Shown: one piece after another, positions 26,610 through 39,897 of the stretch
Position numbering within the stretch: the first letter of the stretch is position 1
Layout: each line of letters starts with the position of its first letter
Assembly (NCBI RefSeq): GCF_006345805.1
Contig: NC_043004.1
Span: 32,116,001 to 32,180,000 of the forward strand
Source: Octopus sinensis
Lineage: Eukaryota
Length of the DNA: 64,000 bases
Reading direction: 5' to 3'
Program-made: the position numbers and the translations under genes
Notes under the pieces: model-generated
The model's database searches: none
What the model saw: only the letters and a program-made list of their open reading frames with translations
What the model was told of the DNA's origin: nothing

Positions 26610-28565
26610 CCACACACAAACGAAGCACGGATGTCCTTGTTAATGTTCGTCCACACAAAATGAGTTGATATCATCTTCTGTGTGGAACGAATGCCGAGGT
26701 GTGATAGGCAGTGAGAGGCAGTGAAAATACGTCGTCAGTGTTGTTCAGGGATGTAAGGGCGTTCGTGAGCAGTGGGGGGTATCACACCATATATGACTGG
26801 TAGAAGAAGATAGTGGAAACAGCTGGAACTTGTGGGACAAAGAACTCCGGAGCTTATTAAGCTCTTCGTCGTTTTCTTGATCCGCCGCGATCAGATGAAG
26901 ATGGATAGTTTTTAAGATGAGCACTGAAAGTGCGTCTGCTGCTGTATTGTCCGATCCTTTGAATGCCGAATATCTGTAGAATATTGAGCGATGAAGTCGA
27001 GGTGGCGGACTTCTCTCGGAGAATGGCGATCAGGTTTTGTTTTGAAGGCGTATACGAGCGGTTTATGGTCCGTGTAGATACTGAAAACGGACCCGTCTAA
27101 CATATGGCGGAAGTGCTTAACGGACAGGTACACTGACAGGAGCTCACGTCCAAAAGTACAGTATTTAGCCTCGCGGACTGAAGTCGTTTGGAGAAGAAGG
27201 ATAATGGTTGTCAAGCGCCATCCACAAACTGCTGAAGAACACCACCGACTCCAGACAGGGACGCGTCAATCAGTAAAGTGAGTGGGGCACTAGGTTTGGG
27301 GTAAACCAGCATCTCGGCCTTAGCTAGCGTATCCTTTAGTTTATTGAAGGAGGCCAACTCTGCGTCGCCTAACGTTATAGCTTGTCTCTTCTTCATATTG
27401 TTGAGCAGAACATCTGTAAGCGGCTGAATTGCTTCGGCGCAGTGTGGGAGGAAACGCCGGTAAAAGTTAATCAATCCTCAAAATTCGCGCAGTTTCCGGA
27501 TGGACGTAGGGATAGAGAAATTGACAATCGCCTCCACCTTTTCGAGTAGGGGACGAATTCTGTCCTTGTCAACAATATGGCCAAGAAATGGAAAAGACGA
27601 GACACCGAAAATACACTTACTTGTGTTGATTACAATGCCGTACGCAGCTAACCGCTGAAAAAGTTGATGTAAATGTACCTCGTGTCAGCTTCAGACTTAC
27701 TCGCTACCAACATATCGTCGATGTAAGCGTAAACGAAAAGTAAACCCCTTGTGATGGTGTCTATAAAGCACTGAAATGTCTGCGCTGCGTTACGGAGGCC
27801 GAAGGGCATCCGCAAAAACTCGAATAGTCTAAAGGGCGTGGTGATTGCCGTTTTCGCAACATCGGCAGGTTCGACGGGGATCTGATAATAGGTCCGCACT
27901 AGTTCGATTTTGGAGAAAATCCGTGCTCCGTTCAGTGAGCTAGAAAAATCGTGAAAGTTTGGTATGTGGTAGGTCTCGGGCACAGTATAGTTGTTGAGGG
28001 CTCTGAAGTCTTCGCAAGGGCGCCAGCCGTTCGTCTCTTTCTTGGGTACCAAATGGAGTAGACTGGACCAATTACTGCTGGATGGTTGAATGGTCTCCAA
28101 GCGACTCGGAAGCGGTCAGGAGACAGCTTTCGCGGTCGCGAGGCAACAGGTGGACCGATGGTCTCAATATGGTATGTAATCCTGTGTTTGATGTCTTTGT
28201 TTTAATAAGCTGGCCGGGTGATGTCCGGGTATTGGCGAAGGATAGCTTCATATTAGCTGGTTTTTTAACGTAACATGACAGGGCCCACTGTGGATATACG
28301 TGCGGTTATACTGCGCACAGTGAGGTTAGTCGTAGCATCGACGAGTCTGTCTCGCTTGACCTCGACCGGGAGGTCGAAGTGGTGCAAAAAATCGGCGCCT
28401 ATGATTGGTGTGGGTAATTTAGCAAAGACGAAAATCCATTGGAAAGCTCGATAAAGATCTAAATTTAACGGGAGGGACTGCTCACCAAAACTCTGGATGG
28501 GCGATTGAGTGATACTCTAAAGAAAGGTCGGCGTTTGTTTTCTGTGACCTGAGGTTAGAGGGACG
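26610..28565 (-). mobile_element. Ty3/Gypsy pol internal fragment (protease end, RT, RNase H, integrase HH start), frameshifted and truncated at both ends
   Basis: Protease tail WIFVFAKLPTPIIGADFLHHF; [13 protein letters not shown]...[13 protein letters not shown]...YIDDML; RNase H LLIDASLSGVGGVLQQ...ELLSVY...TDHKPL; integrase SHLGIRSTQKMISTHFVW cut before the CC and the catalytic core. Confidence 0.93.
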
Positions 28566-31500
28566 GGTTGAAATTAATTTGTAAACAATAGTATGGACCG
28601 TCGGAGTCGTAATCAGTTTGAAAGAATTTGTTCTACGATGATTGTAATTATGTAAAGAGGAAAGAACAGTGATTGAAGTTGTGAAGAAAATATTGATTTT
28701 ACTGTTACATTGTAAAATACCTTGCCTTGACGAGCAACTGATAAAATCGTAAAGCATGCGAAGTAAAGATAGATGTCGTAGATTTTCGTTGTATAGTTTG
28801 TGTTTGTGTTTTCGTCATTGTGTAGTAGTAATTACAGATAGAAATAGAGTGATATTGTCAGAGAAAATAAAGTGAGCTAGTGAGAGTGGGAGAGTCGGGG
28901 GAAGCTGTCTCGAATAGTCGCTTATTGTAACTTTCTTTTCCCCTCTGGCCGCCTAATGGCTGCCTGCTTGTGGCCATGATTCTAGTGGTCCTTTCACTAA
29001 CTGATGGTCGTTCTCTCTAACTCGGGTTCTCACTAACTGGAGTTGTCACTAACTGACTTTTGCTTCGGGGTTCTTGCTTTTATAACTATCCCGAAGAATA
29101 GACATATCGTTGAGAACAATAGATTTCGTTGGTGGTATTTATTATCTTAATTCCAGCTTTTGTTGGCCTAGAAGAAGTCTGAAGGGTCAAGTGGTGAAGA
29201 TATTATTTTGCTTAGCTTGGCAAATGTAAACTGCTGTTACAGAAAAACTATTGTTTTATCGTGAGAAAAGTTCTGTTGAAGTGTTAATTTAAATTTGGCT
29301 ATCTAGGATCGAATCTACTTCATGCCTGCAAGATCCACTACACTGTCCTCCAACAGAAGTTATGTCACGTATTTGTTTTCCTGTTCTACGTTGCATATAT
29401 CCTGTACCAACTGCATTAGAAACCATTGTACATTTGCCGACAGTATATTTCAAGATATTATCTCAACAACGTTGCCGTGTTAATGCTTTTTAACGGGTTG
29501 AATAAATCGTCGTATTTAATCCTCTTGGTCTTCTGCTTCTTCCTTTATCAACACACAGGTGTATATTGGTGCTCAAACCAGCTTAATTAATTAAAGCAAC
29601 TTCTCTCCGTTAAAGATCTAATCACCTTTTTCTAGGTGCCCCAACAATGGCTGTTGATTGCCCCTGTCAACCTCTGCTTAATTCGCTAATCCAATCCGTG
29701 TATTCTTTGTGCGCCAGTAGAGGTTCGTTCAGCTTCAGTAACTAAATCTGTCTTAGGCTCCTGTCTAAGCCGACAGATCAGATCACAAATTGTAGTCGTA
29801 AAGCTGACCAAATGAAACTATGGACACTATACACGATCTCTGTCTGCTGACGAACAAAATCTAATAATAACAGAATTGTTATAATATTGTCTATGGAATT
29901 TTTTGTCATATATACTCTGCAAATTGCAATCGATTGTCTTCTTTTGTGCAATGAATTTCACGCCAAAGTGATGAGCTTTCACAAAATCTCAGTTTGATTG
30001 TGCACATGCACTGAAAATAAATCTGAAGTCTACATTGAAATTAAATTCCCTTTTGCAGTTAAAAAATAGCTGTGATGCAATCTAACTTAATCATATTTCC
30101 GATCTTTAAAAGTTCTTGTTTCTGTTTTCTATTAAGGAGGTCATGTGCATTATCTTGCATTAAATTATCTTGCATTAAATATTTCTGAACGAACACTAAT
30201 GAGATATTTTCCAGGCTAAATAGGAATTGTGTTTTAGTTTGGATTGGTTTGGATTAAAATCACAAAACAGATTGCTAATGTCAATTGTAAAACTTGTTTC
30301 TCAAAAGAAATCCGATGTCACATTCAACGTCGCCATCTGGCAGCCATTTCAAGTCGAGGCACGATGAGGCTTGATAAGATAGATTACAGGAAAATCAATA
30401 ACTTTTCCATTTCTTTCCATTGGAACTTTTTGTTTCTTTTCTCATTTTTCTCTTATCCTATTCTTAATTCTAACGTTTTTTAAAAAATTATTTACCTCAC
30501 CTCTCTGTCCTCTCTTTTTCTCTCTGCCTGTTAGCCAAGCCACATTACGTGTAGGAAAAAAAAATAAAGCATGAAAGAAAACGATAAACCATACAATGAT
30601 ATAATTAAATACACGACTAAATAAACATGGAATAAAGAAATTCCGTATAAATAAATTGCTAGGTGCAGCTCATGGCTTAATGAAACCAGCTCTAACAGGG
30701 TTGTTTATAATGTCAGTGGGATGGTGTCTTATCGTGGTAAACGGATTATAAAAAGAAATATATTGAACTATGGACAAATTGACTCGGTGTTTGCCAATAA
30801 AACTAGAAACAAATAACCATGTTTGTCTTATAAAAGTGCAATAAACTCTGCTTTTATCAGCCAATCCGTCTGTCTCCCTCTCTATTTGCCTGTCCATCTT
30901 TCTGTCTGTCTATCTGTCTATGTCTGTTTGTCTTTGCTGCTACTGTTGTTGCCAAGGTTTTTTTTTTTGGGTTCTTTATTTGTTGTGTCTGGAGGAAGGA
31001 GTAAGGCCCCTGACATTTTGGAATCTTTCAAGATCCGTTTAAACTGTCCGACATCTGCAGGAACGACACTAGTAGATGACTCCAATAGACAAAAGAATGT
31101 ATATATGTAATTACATTTCTGTTTTAGGAGTAATACGGAATTGAAAATAAACAGGTAATAACTGCGATTGTTTTCATAAGCAGGAATATCAGTGACGAAG
31201 CAAATTGGGGACAGCGGTGGAGGGACAGTTACTTTCCCTCCCACCGTGTGCAGGTGTGGACAGGCAGAAAATTTCCTGTTGCTTATCAAATCAGTTAATT
31301 AAAGCAGGGTTGGGGAGCAAAATTGTCTCTGCTCTTTCGTTCTGAGAATTCATGCTATATCATGAAGGAATATTCTTCATAAAATTATTTTTTTCGAGTA
31401 ATGGAAGTGGGTAGGAAGATTCTGCAAAGTTGATAGAGATCCTCTTTGACAAAAAACAAAAATCCTTGCTAAAAAAATTTATTTAAGTCGCTTTGTTTCA

Positions 31501-31737
31501 GTGTAGTCGTGTTCTGCCCATATCTTCGAAACACGCATTGAGTCGAAACAGGGGCAGCTGAAGAAGGGGAATGTTCCTTGTGTTGTATGTCTAGTACTCT
31601 GTTTTTTCGTTGTTAAAAGAAAGTCCGTTTCCTTGTTTTGTTTTTAAGTTTTCATTTCTCGTTGTGTTCTACGTTTTTTTTGTGGTGTCCTGTACCCGTA
31701 TATGCATGTATATATACATATAGATGTAGGTATGTAC

Positions 31738-31770
<33 letters not shown>

Positions 31771-31800
31771 TGTATGTATGTATGTATGTATGCATATGTA

Positions 31801-31838
<38 letters not shown>

Positions 31839-33001
31839 GTGTATATATGCATAATGAATAGTTGCCAAATTTCTAAGCTAGGTTTTGAAACCGAATCTAC
31901 ATTTTCCTCCAAGTTTTCTTCCAATTGTTTTTGCCCATTGCACTAGAAAATTTATGAGAATAAACTGATCTCTTAACCTAGGCAAAGCTATTAGAAGGTC
32001 AGGCAAGATGTCTTGTGGTATCTATTCTGGCTCTTTATGATTGTATGATATGGGTGCCAGACTGTATCGACTGAAATTGCCTTCTTTTCACTTTGAATAC
32101 CCATCAATATTGTGGAGAAAAAACATTTGCATATCTGGGCAACTACCAATTTTTCTAAAAAATCTTGCCCAAGACTGTGTATACTTGTATAAATGCAGGA
32201 CCAATTTCATTGATGCAGGCTGTAATCTGTTTTTTGATATTGTTCATCTGTTTGTGTTATACTTATTTTGACTACACCACTGCCGAAGACTGTGTATACA
32301 TGTGCAGATACATGCCCAATTTTACTGAATGGAGACCCTAATCTGTTTTGGTACTTCTCAACTATTTGTGCTATACTTACTTGGATTATACCATTGCCAT
32401 GTTAAATTGAAAGGCTATATTTTCAGCAGAACATGAGTGAAAGTTCAAATTATTTTATAGGAGACTCTTTCAAACAAATCCTTCAGAAATCACACCAACT
32501 TAATGCAACACTGTTTATAAGATTATTCTAGCTTTTTTATAGTCATTTCTAGATGTCAGTGGATAAGAGAATTTTTTTCTATTTAGGCACAAAGCCAGTA
32601 ACTTTAAAGGGAGAGAAAGTACCATCAACCCTAGTGCTTAACTAGTACTTTATTTTATTCACCCTGGGAAGATGAAAAGCAAAGTTGACACTGGCAGAAT
32701 AGTGTATAAAAGAAATAACAATCTGACCTTGGAATTTATTGATGTTACTAGGTTTGACATTTTACAACAATTCCTGGTATTATTTATTCAATTATGAAAT
32801 CTTTGTCCGACCAGTCTTTTTTTATCTCTTGCTCATGACATAATCTCACTGACCGTAGTACCAAAGAGTTTGAGGTCTCTTTCTTTAAGTCATCATATTT
32901 CCTCTATGTGAATTACCCTCATCATCATCACCTCTAAGTATCTACACTATTCTCCAACTTGAAATGTAATTGGGAACAAAATCCCACACTGAATGATTTA
33001 A

Positions 33002-33213
33002 CCCTTTCGTTACTGTATTTATTTTGAGATGCTCTGTATTTCTTTCAATTACGTTAAATAATTTAGTAAAATAACTTATTTAATCATTTAGCTACTGTTA
33101 GGAACATAAATTGTGACAAAGGTTTGGTGGGAGATTTTAATTCAAAATTTATGAAAACAAGACATTTGTACTCAGATCCAGAACCGGTTTCAGCCGGGTT
33201 GGTAACAATAGGG
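33002..33213. mobile_element. piggyBac-type MITE
   Basis: TTAA|ccctttcgttac ... gtaacaataggg|TTAA. Confidence 0.8.
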
Positions 33214-33306
33214 TTAAAGCCACTGAATGTAAAAGCTGTTGTCACCAGACAGACAAGAATTTGCAACCTGCATAAATTCACATGTCAACAGACATACAAG
33301 TTGAAG

Positions 33307-35780
33307 TAAGTACCTTGAGAGAAAAGTTGAACCTAAGAAGTGTCAGTTGTGGTGTGCAAGAGAGACGGCTGCGCTGGTATGGTCATGTGACGAGAATGGC
33401 TGAAGATAGTTGTGTGCAAAAGTGCTACACCCTAGCAGTTGAGGGAACCTGTGGAAGAGGTAGACCCAGGAAAACCTGGGACGAGGTGGTGAAGCACGAC
33501 CTTCGAACTTTAGGTCTCACCAAGGAAATGACTAGAGACCGAGTCCTATGGAAGTGTGCTGTGCATGAGAGGACCCGGCAGGACTAGTCAGGCCATAACC
33601 CGTGGCCCCTACCTGGGACGTAGTCGGTCCACCTGTGCATACCATCCTTCTTGTGACACTTGTGAAGACCTGCTGAGGCAAGTGAAAATCAATCAAAACA
33701 AATCAAAATAGATGAACATCAATGGAATTTGTATCTTTGTGGTACCAGTGCCGGTGGCACACAAGAAGACCATCCGAACGTGGCCGTAGTCAGTACCGCA
33801 TCGACTGGCCTCCGTGCTGTGGGCACATGACAAACACCATCCAATCGTGGCCGTTCACCAGCCTCATATGGCACCTCCGCATCGACTGGCCTCCGTGCTG
33901 TGGGCAGATGACAAACACCATCCGATCGTGGCCGTTCGCCAGCCTCATCTGGCACCTGTGTCGGTGGCACATAAAAACACCTTCCGAAGACCTGGCAAGA
34001 CTAGTCAGGCCATAACCCGTGGCCCCTACCTGGGACGTAGTCAGTCCACCTGTGCATACCTTCCTTCTTGTGACACTTGTGAAGACCTATTGAGGCAAGT
34101 GAAAATCAAAACAAATCAAAATAGATGAACATCAATGGAATTTGTATCTTTGTGGTACCAGTGCCGGTGGCACACAAGAAAACCATCCGAACATGGCCGT
34201 AGCCAGTACCGCACTGACTGGCCTCCGTGCTGTGGGCACGCAACAAACACCATCCGATCGTGGCCGTTCGCCAGCCTCATCTGGCACCTGTGTCGGTGGC
34301 ACATAAAAACACCTTCCGAAGACCCGGCAAGACTAGTCAGGCCATAACCCGTGGCCCCTACCTGGGACGTAGTCAGTCCACCTGTGCATACCTTCCTTCT
34401 TGTGACACTTGTGAAGACCTGTTGAGGCAAGTGAAAATCAAATCAAATCAAATCAAAACAAATCAAAATAGATGAACATCAATAGAATTTGTATCTTTGT
34501 GGTACCAGTGCCGGTGGCACACAAGAAATCCATCTGAACGTGGCCGTAGCCAGTACCGCATCGACTGGCCATCGTGCTGTGGGCACATAACAAACACCAT
34601 CCGATCGTGGCCGTTCGCCAGCCTCATCTGGCACCTGTGTCGGTGGCACATAAAAACACCATCCGAAGACCCGGCAAGACTAGTCAGGCCATAACCCATG
34701 GCCCCTACCTGGGACGTAGTCAGTCCACCTGTGCATACCTTCCTTCTTGTGATACTTGTGAAGGCCTGTTGAGGCAAGTGAAAATCAAAATCAAAATCAA
34801 ATCAAAACAAATCAAAATAGATGAACATCAATGGAATTTGTATCTTTGTGATACCAGTGCCGGTGGCACACAAGAAAACCATCCGAACGTGGCCATAGCC
34901 AGTACCGCACCGACCGGCCTCCGTGCTGTGGGCACGTGCCGGTGGCACACAAGAAAACCATCCGAACGTGGCCGTAGCCAGTACTGCACTGACTGGCCTC
35001 CGTGCTGTGGGCACGTAACAAACACCATCCGATCGTGGCCGTTCGCCAGCCTCATCTGGCACCTGTGTCGGTGGCACATAAAAACACCATCCGAAGACCC
35101 GGCAAGACTAGTCAGGCCATAACCTGTGGACCCTACCTGGGACGTAGTCAGTCCACCTGTGCATACCTTCCTTCTTGTGACACCTGTGAAGACCTGTTGA
35201 GGCAAGTGAAAATCAAAACAAATCAAAATAGATGAACATCAATGGAATTTGTATCTTTGTGGTACCAGCGCCGGTGGCACACAAGAAAACCATCCGAACG
35301 TGGCCGTAGCCAGTACCGCATCGACTGGCCTCCGTGCTGTGGGCACGTAACAAACACCATCCGATCGTGGCCATTTGCCAGCCTCATCTGGCACCTGTGT
35401 CGGTGGCACATAAAAACACCATCCGAGCGTGGCCGTCTGCCAGCCTTGTCTGGCACCTGTGTCGGTGGCACATAAAAAACACCATCCGAGTGTGGCCGTT
35501 CGCCAGCTTCGTCTGGCACCTGTGTCGGTGGCACATAAAAAAACACCATCCGAGCGTGGCCGTTCGCCAGCCTCGTCTGGCACCTGTGTTGGTGGCACAT
35601 AAAATCACCCACTACACTCTCGGAGTGGTTGGCGTTAGGAAGGGCATCCAGCTGTAGAAACACTGCCAGATCTGACTGGCCTGGTGCAGCCTTCGGGCTC
35701 CCCAGACCCCAGTTGAACCGTCCAACCCATGCTAGCATGGAAAGCGGACGTTAAATGACGATGATGATGATGATGATGAT
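33307..35780 (+). mobile_element. 5'-truncated RTE LINE: RT C-terminus plus tandemly amplified 3' UTR and (GAT)n tail
   Basis: Translation ERRLRWYGHVTRM...GRGRPRKTWDEVV...TRQD*. UTR blocks restart at 33584, 34001, 34333, 34680 and 35108; 62-bp units at 35406-35600; tail at 35756-35780. Confidence 0.92.
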
Positions 35781-36054
35781 ACCAAACCATCTCAGATTGT
35801 GCCTCTGGTTTTATGATACAAACTTTCTGTTTTAAAGTGATCTGAGTTAAAACCGTCCCAGGATGGGAGAAGTCTGATACGTGGTCCTTTGCTATTTGAA
35901 AGACCTGCAGAAGAGAAAGCAGGTCAATCCCCGACACCGAGAGCATCGACTGATGGATGAATGTGCATCCAGGCTCAGCGGATGCATAGGAAGTCGGGGA
36001 TAAGAAGCAGGAAGAAAGAGTGAGAGAAAGTTGGAGTGAAAGAGTACAGCAGGT

Positions 36055-36200
36055 ATCATCACCATTCCTTGTCAGAGCCTCGTGGAGCTTTATGTGTTTT
36101 CACTCAATAAACACACACAACACTCGATCTGGGAATCGAAACTGCGATCCTCCGACCGCGAGTCCGCTGCCCTAACCATTGGGCCATTGCGCCTCCACTG
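36055..36200 (-). mobile_element. tRNA-SINE fragment (family of 51310)
   Basis: Reverse complement of ggaggcgcaatggcccaatggttagggcagcggactcgcggtcgg. Confidence 0.75.
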
Positions 36201-38540
36201 CTGCTGGTGGGGAAAACTTCTGACAAATCCCAAAGCATCAGAAATACACATTTAGCAATGCCACCACCACTGCTGGACACTTTTCATCTTCTACTGATAT
36301 GTTTTTGTGTTATTTAACACTGTACATCTATAACAGATACTTTCTCAGGATGAATAGCATAGTTGATTAGGTTTCGCATGATGTATCTGGTCCATCCATA
36401 ATACATATATGCGTGCATGCACATGCACTGGACAATGAAGCATGAAGCATGAAGCTCAGAAAATATATAGCATTTAGGTCAATACTGGATTTTCTTTTTC
36501 TTTTATTTAACACCAGACTAGCCTGGATAAGGAGTTCTTAGTACATCAGGCTTATGGGAAAGGCATGAATGTCACATCTTATTTCCCACCATTATTAATA
36601 TAAATCTTCCAATAGTCTTATACTACAGATCTATTGCAATATCACCGAGGTTTATGCTGCATATTTCAGATATTTCATAGTTAAGTCGGAAACCTAGTTT
36701 AAATTCATTGTAATGTTTGTCTCATTAAGATATGAAGATCAATCTTCTTTACTCAGTCAACAACTCTATAGCTTTACAGTAGCAGCAGCAGCAGCAGCAC
36801 CGCCACCACCACCACCACCACCACCACCACCTCCGCTACCATCACCACTAACACCATTTAGTGTTCATGTTCCATGCTGGCATGAGTTGGATGGGTTGGA
36901 TGGTTTGACCAGATCCAATGGGACCAAGGACTGCATCAAGCTCCAATATCCTCTTTCTTTAGTAATTCGATATTCCACATTAATGCATTGTAAATGTCAT
37001 GTTTTAATTGAATCTATTGTATGAGCAGTTAAGGTTTATTACCCACAGTGAATATAGCATAAAACAAATGTTATATAATCAGCTGCGTTGAAACATATGC
37101 AGTTTGTGACTAACATTGGTTCAGAGATGATATTAAGATACTAAGTGCAGTCCAGAAACGTATTTATTCTTCGTTATGTGACCTAGATTGCTTTTGACCT
37201 GAAATAAAAAGGTTAAATGATGTCTACTGCTTCTAGTATTCACAGAAGCTTCTGTTTCTGCTTCATATCCATTTATATTTAAGTGTTTAAGCTAAAGTTC
37301 ACCAATTTTCCTTTTACAGAAACACAAGAAACTTAACCACCATAACAGATTAGTGTGACATCAAATTATTCTCATTTGAAAGAAAGGATTCCAACTGAAT
37401 ATCATAAATATCAAACTGTTTGAACAAGAGTCAACAAGGGCCATGCTTATTTAATTGGTTCGAAATAGCTGCCAATCTCCCTCAAATCACATTCTGTTTT
37501 CTGAGGAAATGAAGAACACAATCGATAATACAGTTATAAAATAGATTATATCTTAGAGAAAAAATCGGAATGTTTGTGACTAGAATGCTTTTGATCAAGT
37601 ACCTGATTAATCAAGACTGATCTGAAGTTGAACAACATTAGCTCTACAACTACCATCACTATCACTCCTACCATGACCATCAATTACAGAGCCTTCACAT
37701 CGTTTCTCACACTTCTAGAAATAATAGCTCTCAAACCCTATGAAGTTATCATTGAAAAAAAAGGACACAATACATAATGCAATTCTGTATGTCTAAATAA
37801 AATACAGGATGGTCATGGCTGGAACACATTTGACCACAGATGTTATGGGTCAAGGCCAACCTGAGGTTAAACAACAAGTTTTGTGGCTATGACATGACAC
37901 TTAGGTGTTGTGGCTATGGTCTGTCCAAACCCTCCAAGACCTAGAGATTGTGGACATGATTGTGGACATGACCATGGATTCTGCAATACTTAAGGATTGT
38001 AGGCATTGTCTCTACAGACCTGAAATCTTGAAGCTGTGACTATGGTCCCTGCAGAACCCCTGAGACTGCAGTAAAACAATATGTACAAGAAAAGACCTTC
38101 TTGGGGCCAAAATTCTGAGGAGGAAGGAGTAGTTTTTAGTCTGGAGCCTGAGGGTAGACAGAATGTGGATAATGAAAGATGGGTGAATAGAGAGTACATA
38201 AGTAGAGATAATATTATAAGATAGCTGTCTTTGAGGAGTAGAGAGGCCACTGTTGAAGTGATAGAAAAGCATTATTGCTTGGCAAATAGTTTACCAACGT
38301 ATTCCCAATGGTGGCATATAACATTAATTATGATATCTACCAAAAGTACACTGCAATTATAACCATACTCCTACTGCAGCCACCACCACTTCATGATAGT
38401 AGTCCTTGCTACACCACTATGACACCACATCTACACCATCCATGATACCACCACTACCACCACACAGCTGCTGTAACTACAACTGCAACACCAATACTAC
38501 AACTACTGTTGCATCACATTACCACTACAGCTACCACCAT

Positions 38541-38581
<41 letters not shown>

Positions 38582-38842
38582 AGTGGTCACTGTAGCTGGT
38601 AGAAATAGCAGTCAAACTCTCTCTAATCACAGTCTATTTTCTTAGGAAAGGAAAGGACACAGTGGATTGGTCACAGTTTGAATGTTTTTAATCATAGGTT
38701 TGATCAATTGGAACAGACCTGGGTCAAGAATAACAACAGAATGTAATGTGACAGTGGGTAAAGTACAGATAGTAAAAAAAAAAAACAGCTGTAGTTTTAA
38801 GAGATAAAAAATTATCTAATTTCATTCTTATAACACATACTG

Positions 38843-38883
38843 TATTATTATTATTATTATCATTATTATTATTATTATTATTA

Positions 38884-38914
<31 letters not shown>

Positions 38915-39036
38915 CATTATTATTATTATTATTATTATCATTATTATTATTATCATTATTATTATTATTATTATTATCATTATTATTATTATTATTATCA
39001 TTATTATTATTATTATTATTATCATTATTAGTATTA

Positions 39037-39124
<88 letters not shown>

Positions 39125-39468
39125 TATTACTATTATTATTATTACTTTTATTTTTTCTTCTTTCAAATTTGCTTCCATTTCTTGCCGAGTGTCTTCCCGA
39201 CTCCTAGGGCAAAGAAACTCATAGTATACATTGGTAGGCCATTAAACCAAACTCAATAGTTCGTTCATTTAAAAAAAAATTTTTTAAGTTAAATTAAAAT
39301 ACATGAGCAGCAACAGTTCTCACATCGACAATGCTCTTCTCAATACGTGTGATGTACTAGTTAAGACAATCTTTTGCACTTCTTGCAGGGATGGTAAGCC
39401 AGGGATCATTCTCATATAATTTTCGGTTCCCTTCTTGATCATTCCTAGTGCTCCTACGATCATTGGTA

Positions 39469-39532
<64 letters not shown>

Positions 39533-39578
39533 CATTATTACTATTACTATTATTATTATTATTATTATATTATTATTA

Positions 39579-39623
<45 letters not shown>

Positions 39624-39624
39624 C

Positions 39625-39666
<42 letters not shown>

Positions 39667-39681
39667 TACTACTATTATTAC

Positions 39682-39717
<36 letters not shown>

Positions 39718-39864
39718 TATTATTATTATTATTATTATTATCATTATTATTATTATTATTACTATTACTATTATTATTATCATCATCATCATCATCATTA
39801 TCATTATTATTATTATTATATATTATCATTATTATTATTATTATCATTATTATTATTATTATTA

Positions 39865-39896
<32 letters not shown>

Positions 39897-39897
39897 T
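38843..39897. repeat. Two long (ATT)n/(TAA)n tracts flanking a LINE end
   Basis: Tracts at 38843-39146 and 39468-39897; they generate the poly-I/L/Y/N ORFs. Confidence 0.97.
39150..39470 (-). mobile_element. R4/Dong-clade (RLE) LINE C-terminus and 3' UTR
   Basis: Translation IPMIVGALGMIKKG...PSLQEVQKIVLTSTSHVLRRALSM* resembles R4-clade C-termini; UTR motif ccctaggagtcgggaagacactcg. Confidence 0.75.

Noticed and set aside
26098-29104. Paired LTRs or PBS for the Gypsy fragment (tggtgacc at ~26100; TATA and cagttagt repeats at 28990-29085; purine run at 26600)
   Set aside because: No matching repeats on the two sides, the PBS-like word is on the wrong strand, and pol is truncated at both ends. 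The 28570-29104 segment may be an LTR remnant but is unsupported.
33584-33700. Possible HDV-like ribozyme in the RTE UTR unit
   Set aside because: I could not build the P1/P1.1/P2/P3 nested pseudoknot, and the L3 consensus is not met.
33719-35738. Repeated Cys/Trp-rich ORFs, also at 47772-48450
   Set aside because: They arise from the RTE 3' UTR tandem units, open in several frames on both strands. The array is also not a CRISPR, since it has no unique spacers and the context is eukaryotic.
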